From Bacteroidia bacterium (GTDB lineage: Bacteria > Bacteroidota > Bacteroidia > NS11-12g > UBA9320): DNA of 64,000 bases. Made by a program: the position numbers and the translations under genes. The notes under the pieces were generated by a model. That model had not been told where the DNA came from, searched no databases, and saw nothing but the letters and a program-made list of their open reading frames with translations. Shown piece after piece: positions 19,090 to 29,334 of the stretch. How positions within the stretch are numbered: the first letter of the stretch is position 1; every line of letters begins with the position of its first letter. The stretch lies in the NCBI GenBank assembly GCA_965655315.1, contig CBFHGJ010000001.1, positions 207,907-271,906 on the forward strand, read 5' to 3'.

Positions 19090-20049
19090 ATGAAAAAAAC
19101 AATAACACTAATCACCGTGCTTGTAATGGCACTAAATGTTTCTGCACAGACGGATGTAAAACTTACTATCAATCATCTACTAGGTTCATCTCCATTTGCT
19201 TTTAATAGCGAAGCGGAGAATGATATGGGAGACAAAGTAAAACTGCAACGATTTGAATACTACATTTCAGGTATAAGCATAACTCATGATGGAGGAACAG
19301 TAACTGACGCATCTGATGTTTACATTCTAGTAAAAGCAAACAAAACAGATACTATTCAACTGGGTAATTTTAACGTTACAAACGTAGAATCTATTAATTT
19401 CTCTGTAGGTGTAGATCCAGGAGTAAATACTGCTGATCCTGCACAATGGGCATCTTTTCACGCACTTGCACCCAAATCTCCTTCAATGCATTGGGGCTGG
19501 GCTTCTGGATATCGCTTCGTTGCTTTGGAAGGGAAGTCAGGATCGAACTTTGCTCAAGACTTTCAGATTCACGCTTTGGGAGATAAGAACTATTTTAAGC
19601 AAAGCATACCAACTTCAGCTACAGATGTTAATGGAGCACTTGTAGTTTCATTGAAAGCAGATTATACCAAAGCTATTTCACAAATAGGAATGGCAAATGG
19701 ACTTATAGAGCATAGTGATAGCAAAGAAGCTGCAACTTGTTTGAGGAATTTTCAAACTAAAGTATTCTCTTCTCTATCAGGTGAGGGAAATACTCTTTCT
19801 GCTAGAGATATAGACGTGCCTGATGCCTTTGGAATTAATCCTGTACCAAGTACAGGTAAGGTGAATATTGTGTTAGAAGACAATAGATTCTTCCACGGTA
19901 ATATGGTTGTTACGGATATTGCAGGTAGAAAAATCTACAGTAGCTCAGTGGGAACATCTAACACAATTTCTATTGAAACAAAAGGGATGTACTATTTAAC
20001 CATTTATGGAGATGGTGTTAAGAGTACTAAGAAACTAATCATAAACTAA
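19090..20049 (+). CDS. secreted protein with T9SS C-terminal sorting domain, possible MbnP-like partner of the adjacent di-heme peroxidases
   Basis: Signal peptide MKKTITLITVLVMALNVSAQ; C-terminal ~80 aa ending YYLTIYGDGVKSTKKLIIN is T9SS-CTD-like; sits directly upstream of two MbnH/CCP-like genes. Confidence 0.5.
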   Translation: MKKTITLITVLVMALNVSAQTDVKLTINHLLGSSPFAFNSEAENDMGDKVKLQRFEYYISGISITHDGGTVTDASDVYILVKANKTDTIQLGNFNVTNVESINFSVGVDPGVNTADPAQWASFHALAPKSPSMHWGWASGYRFVALEGKSGSNFAQDFQIHALGDKNYFKQSIPTSATDVNGALVVSLKADYTKAISQIGMANGLIEHSDSKEAATCLRNFQTKVFSSLSGEGNTLSARDIDVPDAFGINPVPSTGKVNIVLEDNRFFHGNMVVTDIAGRKIYSSSVGTSNTISIETKGMYYLTIYGDGVKSTKKLIIN

Positions 20050-20055
20050 AATAAC

Positions 20056-21078
20056 TTGAGGTCTCGGTACATTATACTATTATTTTTCTCGGCTACACTG
20101 TTTATGGGTTGTGCTGGGGAAGACGGTGAGGTTTTTATTCAGCAGAATTTTGCTTCTAATTTACCGAGTCCTTTTGCTACCATTAGCTTTCCAGAAGACA
20201 ATGATTACAGTGAGGAACGTTGGGAGCTAGGGAAAAAGCTATTTTATGACAATATCCTTTCTATAGACAGCACTTTAAGTTGTGCATCATGTCATAAATC
20301 TCAGCTTTCTTTTAGTGATGATGTGTCTTTCAGTAAAGGTGTAAAGGATAGGGATGGTGTAAGAAATTCTCCTAGCTTAGCGAATGTAGCCTTCCATCCA
20401 TATTTTACCAGAGAGGGCGGAGTTCCTACTTTAGAGCAACAAGTCTTGGTGCCTTTACAAGAGCACAATGAATTTGATTTCAATATTGTCCTGGCTGGTG
20501 AAAGAATAGCACAAGATTCAATGTATGTAGCAATGAGCCAAAAGGCATACAATAGAATGCCAGACTACTATGTTATAACTCGAGCCTTAGCCAACTTTGA
20601 ACGCAGTTTAATTAGCGATAATAGCTATTTTGATCAGTATCATTTTGAAACACAAACTGATGCATTATCAAATTCACAAAAGCGAGGGATGGCACTTTTT
20701 TACAGTGAAAAAACCAACTGCTCGAAGTGTCATAGCGGGCCTAATTTTACAGATTATAGTTTTGAGAATAATGGATTATACGAAATCTATCCAGACGAAG
20801 GAAGAAGACGCTTAACCCAACTAGATGCAGACGAGAGCCGATTTAAGGTTGCCAGTCTGAGAAATGTAGAAGTAACGGGGCCTTACATGCATGATGGCTC
20901 TATAAATACGCTTGCTGAAGTAATAGAACATTATAATTCAGGAGGTAAAGACCATCCAAATAAGAGTAAGTTTATTCGCTCTCTAAATTTAACACCACCA
21001 GAAAAAGATGAGCTCTTGGCTTTCCTTTTATCTTTAACCGACAATGAGTTTTTAACAAACAATCAATTTAAAAAGTAA
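20056..21078 (+). CDS. di-heme cytochrome c peroxidase (CCP/MauG/MbnH family) lipoprotein
   Basis: Two CxxCH motifs (CASCH, CSKCH), PYMHDGS motif, lipobox LFMGC; TTG start. Confidence 0.8.
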   Translation: MRSRYIILLFFSATLFMGCAGEDGEVFIQQNFASNLPSPFATISFPEDNDYSEERWELGKKLFYDNILSIDSTLSCASCHKSQLSFSDDVSFSKGVKDRDGVRNSPSLANVAFHPYFTREGGVPTLEQQVLVPLQEHNEFDFNIVLAGERIAQDSMYVAMSQKAYNRMPDYYVITRALANFERSLISDNSYFDQYHFETQTDALSNSQKRGMALFYSEKTNCSKCHSGPNFTDYSFENNGLYEIYPDEGRRRLTQLDADESRFKVASLRNVEVTGPYMHDGSINTLAEVIEHYNSGGKDHPNKSKFIRSLNLTPPEKDELLAFLLSLTDNEFLTNNQFKK

Positions 21079-21079
21079 A

Positions 21080-22162
21080 ATGAAATTAAAATCAATAATA
21101 CTAATTGTACTTTTAGCTACCGTATTTTTAGCAAGCTGCAAAGACGATGATAATGAACCACAAGGGATAGTGCAAGATGCAACACCTTACGAAATGAGTA
21201 TCGGAGGATTCCCTGTACCCAATATAGCTGTGGATAATCAGCTTACAGAGCAAGGTGTAGAGCTAGGCCGTATGCTCTTTTATGAGAAAATGCTTTCTGC
21301 AGATGGTACGCAAGCTTGTGCAAGTTGTCACTTTCAGCAATTTGCTTTTACTGACTCTGCTCGGTTTTCTACTGGTATTAGAGGTGAAAAAAGCGGGAGA
21401 CATGCCATGAGTGTTTTCAACATGGCTTGGAACGAAAACCAATTCTTTTGGGATGGGCGTGCAGACTTATTGAGACATCAGTCTTTACTTCCTATTCAAG
21501 ATGAGCTAGAGATGGATGAATCATTAGAAAACGTAGTCGCAAAATTATCTGAAAGCCAAATGTACAAGAATCAGTTTATCCGCGTATTTGGATCGGATGA
21601 AGTGACAAGTGAGAAGGTATCTCTAGCACTTGAGCAATTTATGAATTCAATTACATCCACTAACTCAAAGTATGATGAGTTTCTAAAAGATTCCACTGTT
21701 TTCACGGCAAGCGAGAAGCGTGGTTTTAAGTTATTTAATACTGAGTATAATCCATTCTTTCCAGAGCTAAGTGGAGCTGATTGCCAACACTGCCACAGTG
21801 GATTAAACTTTGAAAATGATAAGTATATGAATAATGGTTTAGATGCAACTTTCGCAGATGAAGGCAGGGGTAAGGTAACACAAGACCCCGCAGATAACGG
21901 AAAATTTAAGGTGACAAGTCTCAGAAACATAGCACTTACCGCACCCTACATGCATGATGGGAGATTTAATACTTTGGAAGAAGTAGTAGAACACTACAAT
22001 TCAGAAATAATAGCATCATCTACTTTAGATCCTGCACTAGAGCAGACTCGAGAGAAAGGACTTTTTCTTACTGAGCAAGACAAAAAGGACCTAGTCGCTT
22101 TTATGAAAACACTAACTGATAAGGAATTGACTACTAATCCAAAATACTCATCACCATTTTAA
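21080..22162 (+). CDS. di-heme cytochrome c peroxidase (CCP/MauG/MbnH family) lipoprotein, tandem paralog
   Basis: CASCH and CQHCH, PYMHDGR, lipobox LASC. Confidence 0.8.
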   Translation: MKLKSIILIVLLATVFLASCKDDDNEPQGIVQDATPYEMSIGGFPVPNIAVDNQLTEQGVELGRMLFYEKMLSADGTQACASCHFQQFAFTDSARFSTGIRGEKSGRHAMSVFNMAWNENQFFWDGRADLLRHQSLLPIQDELEMDESLENVVAKLSESQMYKNQFIRVFGSDEVTSEKVSLALEQFMNSITSTNSKYDEFLKDSTVFTASEKRGFKLFNTEYNPFFPELSGADCQHCHSGLNFENDKYMNNGLDATFADEGRGKVTQDPADNGKFKVTSLRNIALTAPYMHDGRFNTLEEVVEHYNSEIIASSTLDPALEQTREKGLFLTEQDKKDLVAFMKTLTDKELTTNPKYSSPF

Positions 22163-22242
22163 AAATAAAAAAACAATAAAAAAAAATAATCTATTAATTT
22201 TTAAAAATAAAAAAACAATGAAAAAAAATAATCTATTAATTG
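22159..22242 (+). repeat. 42-bp tandem duplication (2 copies, 40/42 identical) spanning the start codon of the next gene
   Basis: TTAAAAATAAAAAAACAAT[A/G]AAAAAAAATAATCTATTAATT[T/G]; copy 1 has ATA where copy 2 has the ATG. Confidence 0.8.
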
Positions 22243-23339
22243 CTTTGACACTAATACTTTTAGTGGTTTTTTCTTCCTGTAAAGATGATGATGATGTAAC
22301 ACCAAGCGAAGTGGTTCGTAAAAATGATGTTCCTGAGTTTTACTTAGAAGCCAATGAAGGAGATTGGGGTATCAATCAACCTAACATTTTGGAAATATCT
22401 TCTAGTGCTTCTAGGATATTAAAACCAACAGATTTGGATTTTAACCCTACTAGAAATGGAGAACTATGGATTACCAATGAGGGTACTGATAATACTGGAG
22501 GTACAACCGTGAGGATACCAAACATTGCAGCTGAAAATTATGAGTATGACTACAGAAAAGATGGTAATTCATGGCATTTTATGGCATTCCCAACTTCACT
22601 GGCATTTAGCAATAACGGAGATTGGGCCACTTCTACAGGTATATTAGATGCCAATAGACAAGGTGGTTCTTTTACAGGCCCTGCGTTATGGTCTGGAGAT
22701 TTAGATATATATGCTAAACCTAGTGGTGGAAATGGCAGTCATTTAGATATGTTGCATGGCAGTCCATATTCAATGGGAATTGCATCTGAAAATGACAACG
22801 CTTATTGGGTTTTTGATGGTTATAATAAACATATCTGCAGATATGATTTTGGTGGCGATCATGGTCCAGGAAACGCAGATCATGATGATGGAGTAATTCA
22901 GCGATTTACCAATATTTCTGTAAAGAAGAACGGTACTGTTCCAAGTCATATGGTAATGAATGATGATCGCACAATTCTATATGCTATAGACGGCGGTAAC
23001 AATAGAGTTCTAGAAATAGATGTGAATTCAGCTAATAGATTAAGATCACTCGGTTTAATCAATGAACAATTAGCCGATCATTCCGAGTGGAATGCTGACT
23101 TTGAGGTACTAGTTTCGGATGAGAACTTCAATTATTGTGGAATGGCCATTAATGGAAATCGTCTTTTTGTTGGAGATTTTGACAATGGTAATATTAGATG
23201 TATCGATTTGATTACTAATGAAGAACTAGGTCGAATAGAGACGGGTATACAAGGAATGACTGGTTTGGCAATATATAATGACCAACTTTACTTCGTTTCT
23301 TACACTACCAATTCTCTATATAAAATAGAAGCAAAGTAA
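22218..23339 (+). CDS. hypothetical lipoprotein, possible beta-propeller
   Basis: Lipobox VFSSC followed by an acidic linker; no motif recognised. Confidence 0.5.
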   Translation: MKKNNLLIALTLILLVVFSSCKDDDDVTPSEVVRKNDVPEFYLEANEGDWGINQPNILEISSSASRILKPTDLDFNPTRNGELWITNEGTDNTGGTTVRIPNIAAENYEYDYRKDGNSWHFMAFPTSLAFSNNGDWATSTGILDANRQGGSFTGPALWSGDLDIYAKPSGGNGSHLDMLHGSPYSMGIASENDNAYWVFDGYNKHICRYDFGGDHGPGNADHDDGVIQRFTNISVKKNGTVPSHMVMNDDRTILYAIDGGNNRVLEIDVNSANRLRSLGLINEQLADHSEWNADFEVLVSDENFNYCGMAINGNRLFVGDFDNGNIRCIDLITNEELGRIETGIQGMTGLAIYNDQLYFVSYTTNSLYKIEAK

Positions 23340-23343
23340 TCAC

Positions 23344-25053
23344 ATGAAGTACATTTTTACATTAAGTTTATCTCTTTTGAGTTATGTCTTATACGCTCAA
23401 AATGACATTATAATTCCTGATACATTATCAGGTGACCGTATTCAATTAGAATTAAAAACGGGTACTCATGAATTTTATTCAGGTATTCAGACAAATACAA
23501 TGGGAGCTAATGGTAATATTTTGGCTCCCACTTTAATTCTAAATAAAGGCGATAAAATAGACTTTGAGGTTACTAATAGTTTGAGTGATACAACAACTAT
23601 TCATTGGCACGGTTTGCACGTAGCACCAAAAAACGATGGAGGTCCACATACTATTATAAAACCAGGTGAAACTTGGAAACCAAGTTTTAAAATATTAGAT
23701 AAGGCTGCTACCTATTGGTATCACCCTCACTTACACCACAAAACTGATCAGCACGTTTCAAAGGGGATTGCAGGATTAATAATTGTAAGAGACGAAGAAG
23801 AAGCTAAACTTGATTTGCCTAGAAGGTATGGCAAAGATGATTTCCCAATTGTTCTTCAAACAAAAGATTTTGATGCTAACAATCAAATTCTATTTCATAC
23901 AAATTCAGATGATGTAGCTATGGTAAACGCTACCATAAACGGCACGTTAGATGCCCCAGCACAAGTTATCAGGCTCAGAGTGCTTAATGGATCATCACAA
24001 CGAGCATTCAGTGTGGGTTTTAGCGGTGATAAGGTATTCTACCAGATAGCCTCAGATGGCGGTTTACTAGAAAAACCTATTGAGCTAACTAGACTACTTT
24101 TATCGCCAGGGGAGCGAGCAGAGGTTTTATTGGATCTCAGTGAAATGGCAGGAGACAGCATCAAACTAATGAGTTTCGCATCAGAATTACCAAATGGTAT
24201 ATATGGTGCAGCTATTCCTGGGATGATGGCTCAAATGAGTATGACGGGATATAATCCTAATCCACTCAATGGAGCAAATTTCAGTATGTTGACATTAAAT
24301 GTGATTGCTCCAACAAGTAATCCTGTTACTGTAATTCCCTCGAGCTTAGTTACTGTAAAGAGGTTAAATGCTTCCGATGCTAATTTGATTCGAAATCTGA
24401 CCTTGAATCCAGCTTCAATGGGAATGAATCAATTGAACGGTGACTTTACAATAAGTAATACACCTTTTGATATGAATACAATCAATCACACAATAAGGTT
24501 GAATGATACTGAGATTTGGTCTATTCGAAACATGTCAGGGATAGCACATCCTTTTCATATTCATGATGTGCAATTTAATATTTTGGATAGAAATGGTGTT
24601 TCACCTTCTGCATCTGAGATGGGTCGAAAAGATGTAGTATTTATTAGACCTCAAGAAACAGTAAGGTTTATTACTAAGTTCGATAACTTTTCGGATTCTA
24701 TAACTCCATATATGTATCACTGTCATCTACTCACTCACGAAGATGGTGGAATGATGGGGCAGTTTATCGTTGTAGAAAATCTTGAAGTAGCCGATATATT
24801 TAAACCCAACAAGATAAAATTTAAAGTATATCCGAATCCAGCTTCTGATTATCTCAATATAAATTTTAATAAAATTGTAAATCTAGAGTCGATTAGCATT
24901 TATGATGTTAGAGGAGCTAGAGTCTTCTTTGAAGAGTATTTCGAACCTGCAAGAGAATATAAATTAAATTACGATTTGTCATCGGGGTATTATCGAGTTC
25001 ATGTAAATGCAGATACGGAACATTTTATAAAAAAATTGCTTATAAATAATTGA
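23344..25053 (+). CDS. multicopper oxidase with T9SS C-terminal sorting domain
   Basis: Cu-site motifs HWHGLH, HPHLHH, HPFHIHD, HCHLLTHEDGGMM; C-terminal KVYPNPASDYLNINF is a T9SS CTD. Confidence 0.85.
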   Translation: MKYIFTLSLSLLSYVLYAQNDIIIPDTLSGDRIQLELKTGTHEFYSGIQTNTMGANGNILAPTLILNKGDKIDFEVTNSLSDTTTIHWHGLHVAPKNDGGPHTIIKPGETWKPSFKILDKAATYWYHPHLHHKTDQHVSKGIAGLIIVRDEEEAKLDLPRRYGKDDFPIVLQTKDFDANNQILFHTNSDDVAMVNATINGTLDAPAQVIRLRVLNGSSQRAFSVGFSGDKVFYQIASDGGLLEKPIELTRLLLSPGERAEVLLDLSEMAGDSIKLMSFASELPNGIYGAAIPGMMAQMSMTGYNPNPLNGANFSMLTLNVIAPTSNPVTVIPSSLVTVKRLNASDANLIRNLTLNPASMGMNQLNGDFTISNTPFDMNTINHTIRLNDTEIWSIRNMSGIAHPFHIHDVQFNILDRNGVSPSASEMGRKDVVFIRPQETVRFITKFDNFSDSITPYMYHCHLLTHEDGGMMGQFIVVENLEVADIFKPNKIKFKVYPNPASDYLNINFNKIVNLESISIYDVRGARVFFEEYFEPAREYKLNYDLSSGYYRVHVNADTEHFIKKLLINN

Positions 25054-25454
25054 GAAAAATTACATCTATATTATTAATTCTATCCCTTTTCTTGTCTGAG
25101 ATAGGAGTATCATTCGCAATGCATTTTTGCGGAGATGAGCTAGTGTCTGCCCAATTAAATATGGGTCAAGAAAATGGTGGTTGTGATATGGATAATAGTG
25201 ATTGCGAATCTACAAACAATACGATTAGTAAATCAAATTGTTGTGTAAACAGTGTTGTTAGCCTTGAACAAACAAATAGTTATGAACTTTTCACGTTTAA
25301 TTGGTTGATTATAAGAATACCTGTTTCCCATTATCAATGGGAGCAGGTATATTATTATGATAGTTTTGAAGACCTACAATGTGATTTTATTGAATCTCCA
25401 CCCACGTTACGCCAAAACTTAATGAGGTCTTACCTTCAAGTTTATGTAATATAG
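25050..25454 (+). CDS. small secreted Cys-containing protein with H-x-C / CC / PP motifs (HYC_CC_PP-like)
   Basis: Signal peptide; MHFCGDE, SNCCVN, ESPPT; sits directly upstream of czcA as in the first copy. Confidence 0.45.
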   Translation: MRKITSILLILSLFLSEIGVSFAMHFCGDELVSAQLNMGQENGGCDMDNSDCESTNNTISKSNCCVNSVVSLEQTNSYELFTFNWLIIRIPVSHYQWEQVYYYDSFEDLQCDFIESPPTLRQNLMRSYLQVYVI

Positions 25455-25527
25455 AAAGCATAGTTTTTTATCCCAATTGTCAATTCTACGGGATGTCTTT
25501 TTTTAGTTTTTAGTTCAAAGAAATTTT

Positions 25528-28500
25528 ATGCTTAACAGAATAATTAAATATTTTTTATATAATAAATTAGTGACGGTAATCGTCATAATGCTCTTCGTTG
25601 CTTGGGGAGTAATTACTTCTCCATTTGGTTGGAAAGTTGGGGCTTTGCCCTCAGACCCCGTTCCCGTAGATGCTATACCTGATATTGGTGAAAACCAACA
25701 AATAGTCTTTACTAAATGGCAAGGAAGGTCACCTCAAGATATTGAGGACCAAATTACATATCCTTTAACGACTTCATTGCTTGGGATTCCCGGAGTAAAA
25801 TCTATCCGTAGTTCATCAATTTTCGGAGTTTCGAGTATTTACGTAATCTTTAATGAAGATGTGGAATTTTATTGGTCTAGATCGAGAATATTAGAGAAAC
25901 TTAATTCTCTTCCAACTGATCTTTTGCCTCCTGAGGTAAGCCCAGCTATAGGGCCAGATGCTACAGCACTTGGACAGGTGTACTGGTACACTCTTGAAGG
26001 ACGGGACGAAAACAACAACCCTACTGGCGGTTGGGATCTTCATGAGATTCGCTCTATTCAAGACTTCTTTGTAAAATATGGACTGAATGCGGTGGACGGT
26101 GTAAGTGAAGTAGCGTCCATTGGTGGTTTTGTGAAAGAGTATCAAATAGACGTAGATCCAAATGCTCTACGAACCTACGATATACCACTGCATAAGGTAA
26201 TGCAGGCAGTAAAAAATTCCAACAAGGATGTTGGTGCAAAAACCATAGAAATCAATCAAGCAGAATATCTAGTTAGAGGACTTGGGTATATAAAATCTAT
26301 TGAAGACATAGAATTAGCTGTAGTGGCTGTTCATGATAATGTTCCTATTAGAATAAAGGATATCGCTGTAGTGTCAATTGGCCCAGCAACACGAAGAGGG
26401 CTACTAGATAAAGATGGTGCTGAAGTAGTAGGCGGTGTAGTAGTAGCTCGATATGGGGCTAATCCGCTAAAGGTAATAAATGGTGTTAAAGATAAAATTG
26501 GAGAGATTAAAGGTGGACTACCTTCTAAAACATTAGCTAATGGAACAGTTAGTCAATTAACTATAGTGCCCTTCTATGATAGGACTACGGTCATTAAAGA
26601 AACGCTAGGAACACTTGAAGAAGCTCTATCCCTTGAGATCTTAATTACCTTTTTGGTTGTAATCATTATGATGTTCAATATACGTGCATCATTGCTAATC
26701 TCTAGCCTGTTACCGATTGCAGTACTTATGGTATTCATAGCCATGAGATACTTTCATGTAGACGCCAATATAGTTGCATTGTCAGGTATTGCTATCGCTA
26801 TTGGTACGATGGTCGATCTGGGAATAGTTCTCTCAGAGAACATTGATAAACATATGACTTCAGCTCCCAAAGGTCAAAAATTGATAGAAACTATATACAA
26901 TGGAGCAGCGGAAGTAAGTTCGGCAATTGTAACAGCTGTTTCTACAACTATAATTAGTTTTATACCTGTATTTACAATGCAAGCTGCGGAAGGAAAATTG
27001 TTTAGACCACTCGCATTTACGAAAACCTTCGCATTGTTAGCAGCTCTAGCGGTAGCCTTATTCATTTTACCTACATTAGCTCATTGGGTGTTTGGATTTA
27101 AAATATCTAAGAATAAAAAAGGAGTGATTTTTAATACTTTACTAATCATAATTGGAATTATATCTATCATCTGGATTAGTACTTGGGCAGGCATTACACT
27201 CATTGCTATTAGCATAGCTTGGTTTGTACAAGAGTATAGCCCTATACAGAATTGGTTTGCAAAAAATCTAATTATTATAGTATCTGTAATCTCGATTACT
27301 TGGCTATTAGCTGACTACTGGATGCCATTAGGTGCAGGAAAGTCTGGATTGCTCAATTTTATATTTGTTGCTCTTATCATCGCAACTATTCTTGGACTGT
27401 TTGCTTTGCTAGAGCATTACTACTCCAAAGTACTTGCTTGGTGTCTGGCTCATAAAAAGACTTTTCTATCCATACCTATTTTTATCATTCTATTAGCTTC
27501 GGTTATTTGGATGGGATTTAATTCTGTTTTTGGATTTGTCTCATCTGGATTTCAGAAAGTGAATGTCTCTATAGAAAATACAAGTGTATGGTCTTCTTTA
27601 TCAGAAAGCTTTCCCGGCATTGGTAAGGAGTTTATGCCATCATTAGACGAAGGTAGTTTCCTGCTAATGCCAACATCAATGCCGCATGCAGGAATAGAGC
27701 AAAATAAACGTGTGGTTCAGCAATTGGATATGATTTTGGCTAACATACCCGAAGTAGAGCTAGCAGTAGGTAAAATGGGTCGTACAGAATCAGCTTTAGA
27801 CCCAGCTCCAATATCCATGTATGAAAACATTATTAACTATAAATCAGAGTATGCTCTAAATGAACAAGGGCATAGGCAACGATTTAAAACAGATAATGAC
27901 GATCTCTTTGTATTGACTAATGGAGATACTATCTCTAACGCTGATGCTATAACTCAAGGAATTACACGTGATGATTTGATTTCAGATGAATCTGGACAAT
28001 ACTTCAGAAACTGGAGAGATCACATTCAGTCGTCGGACGATATATGGAATGAGATTATAGGGACCATTAATCTACCTGGAGTTACATCAGCTCCTAAATT
28101 ACAGCCTATTGAAACAAGGCTAGTAATGCTTCAAACTGGGATGAGAGCTCCTATGGGAATTAAAGTCTTTGGTCCTGACCTTCCTACAATCGAAAAGTTT
28201 GGAATGGAGTTAGAGCAAGTTTTGAAAGAAGTTCCATCCGTAAAGACAGAAGCCGTATTTGCAGATAGAATAGTTGGCAAGCCCTATATCCACTTGAATA
28301 TAAATAGAGAAGCGATATCCAGATATGGACTGAGTGTCGTTGATGTGCAGCAAACTATAGAGACAGCTATTGGTGGTATGCAAATTACTACAACCGTAGA
28401 AGGTAGAGAGCGTTTTCCTGTAAGAGTTCGTTACCCTAGAGAGCTACGGGACGATCCTTCAAGTCTTAGCAAGATAGTTGTGTCAACAGCAAGTGGAGCT

Positions 28501-29334
28501 CATATTCCGCTCGGAGATTTAGTAGATGTGGAGTACGTGAGAGGCCCACAGATGATAAAAAGTGAGAACACCTTTTTAGTAGGTTATGTACTGCTGGATA
28601 AGAAAGACGGCTTTGCGGAGGTAGATGTAGTAGAGGCTGCACAAAATCTTATCAATGAAAGGATAGATGAAGGCTCTATTGTAGTTCCTAAGGGAGTAAG
28701 CTATAAGTTCTCTGGAAGCTATGAGAACCAGATTAGAGCTGAGAAGAGGCTTGCTATTGTAGTACCTCTTGTTCTAGTTATTATTTTTCTTATTCTCTAT
28801 TTCCAATTCAAATCTATCTCTACTTCATTGATGATATTTGGAGGAATAGCGATGGCATTTAGTGGTGCATTTCTAATGCTTTGGTTTTACAGCAAAGGAT
28901 GGTTTCTCAATTTCTCATTATTTGATACTGATTTAAGAAATCTCTTTCAGATAAAGACCATCAACCTAAGTGTAGCAGTTTGGGTAGGTTTTATTGCCTT
29001 GTTCGGAATAGCAACAGATGACGGCGTACTCATCGGAACCTATTTGGACTATAGTTTCAAAAAGAATAAGCCTAAGACCATTTCCCAAGTACGTGCGGCT
29101 GTTTCTGAAGCAGGATTGAAACGAATAAAACCTGCAATAATGACTACAGCCACTACCATAATTGCATTGCTGCCTGTTCTTACCTCTACAGGCAGGGGAG
29201 CAGATATTATGATTCCTATGGCAATACCTGCTTTTGGTGGGATGATTGTCGCATCTATCACTTATTTCATAACTCCTGTACTGTACAGTATGCGAGAAGA
29301 GTATAATCTAAAGAGAAATCAAAATGAAAAATAG
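25528..29334 (+). CDS. czcA: CusA/CzcA family heavy-metal efflux RND permease with ~200-aa extra hydrophobic insertion
   Basis: HME-RND signature throughout; 1268 aa versus ~1040 typical; the extra region (~aa 500-700) is four hydrophobic helices. Confidence 0.85.
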   Translation: MLNRIIKYFLYNKLVTVIVIMLFVAWGVITSPFGWKVGALPSDPVPVDAIPDIGENQQIVFTKWQGRSPQDIEDQITYPLTTSLLGIPGVKSIRSSSIFGVSSIYVIFNEDVEFYWSRSRILEKLNSLPTDLLPPEVSPAIGPDATALGQVYWYTLEGRDENNNPTGGWDLHEIRSIQDFFVKYGLNAVDGVSEVASIGGFVKEYQIDVDPNALRTYDIPLHKVMQAVKNSNKDVGAKTIEINQAEYLVRGLGYIKSIEDIELAVVAVHDNVPIRIKDIAVVSIGPATRRGLLDKDGAEVVGGVVVARYGANPLKVINGVKDKIGEIKGGLPSKTLANGTVSQLTIVPFYDRTTVIKETLGTLEEALSLEILITFLVVIIMMFNIRASLLISSLLPIAVLMVFIAMRYFHVDANIVALSGIAIAIGTMVDLGIVLSENIDKHMTSAPKGQKLIETIYNGAAEVSSAIVTAVSTTIISFIPVFTMQAAEGKLFRPLAFTKTFALLAALAVALFILPTLAHWVFGFKISKNKKGVIFNTLLIIIGIISIIWISTWAGITLIAISIAWFVQEYSPIQNWFAKNLIIIVSVISITWLLADYWMPLGAGKSGLLNFIFVALIIATILGLFALLEHYYSKVLAWCLAHKKTFLSIPIFIILLASVIWMGFNSVFGFVSSGFQKVNVSIENTSVWSSLSESFPGIGKEFMPSLDEGSFLLMPTSMPHAGIEQNKRVVQQLDMILANIPEVELAVGKMGRTESALDPAPISMYENIINYKSEYALNEQGHRQRFKTDNDDLFVLTNGDTISNADAITQGITRDDLISDESGQYFRNWRDHIQSSDDIWNEIIGTINLPGVTSAPKLQPIETRLVMLQTGMRAPMGIKVFGPDLPTIEKFGMELEQVLKEVPSVKTEAVFADRIVGKPYIHLNINREAISRYGLSVVDVQQTIETAIGGMQITTTVEGRERFPVRVRYPRELRDDPSSLSKIVVSTASGAHIPLGDLVDVEYVRGPQMIKSENTFLVGYVLLDKKDGFAEVDVVEAAQNLINERIDEGSIVVPKGVSYKFSGSYENQIRAEKRLAIVVPLVLVIIFLILYFQFKSISTSLMIFGGIAMAFSGAFLMLWFYSKGWFLNFSLFDTDLRNLFQIKTINLSVAVWVGFIALFGIATDDGVLIGTYLDYSFKKNKPKTISQVRAAVSEAGLKRIKPAIMTTATTIIALLPVLTSTGRGADIMIPMAIPAFGGMIVASITYFITPVLYSMREEYNLKRNQNEK

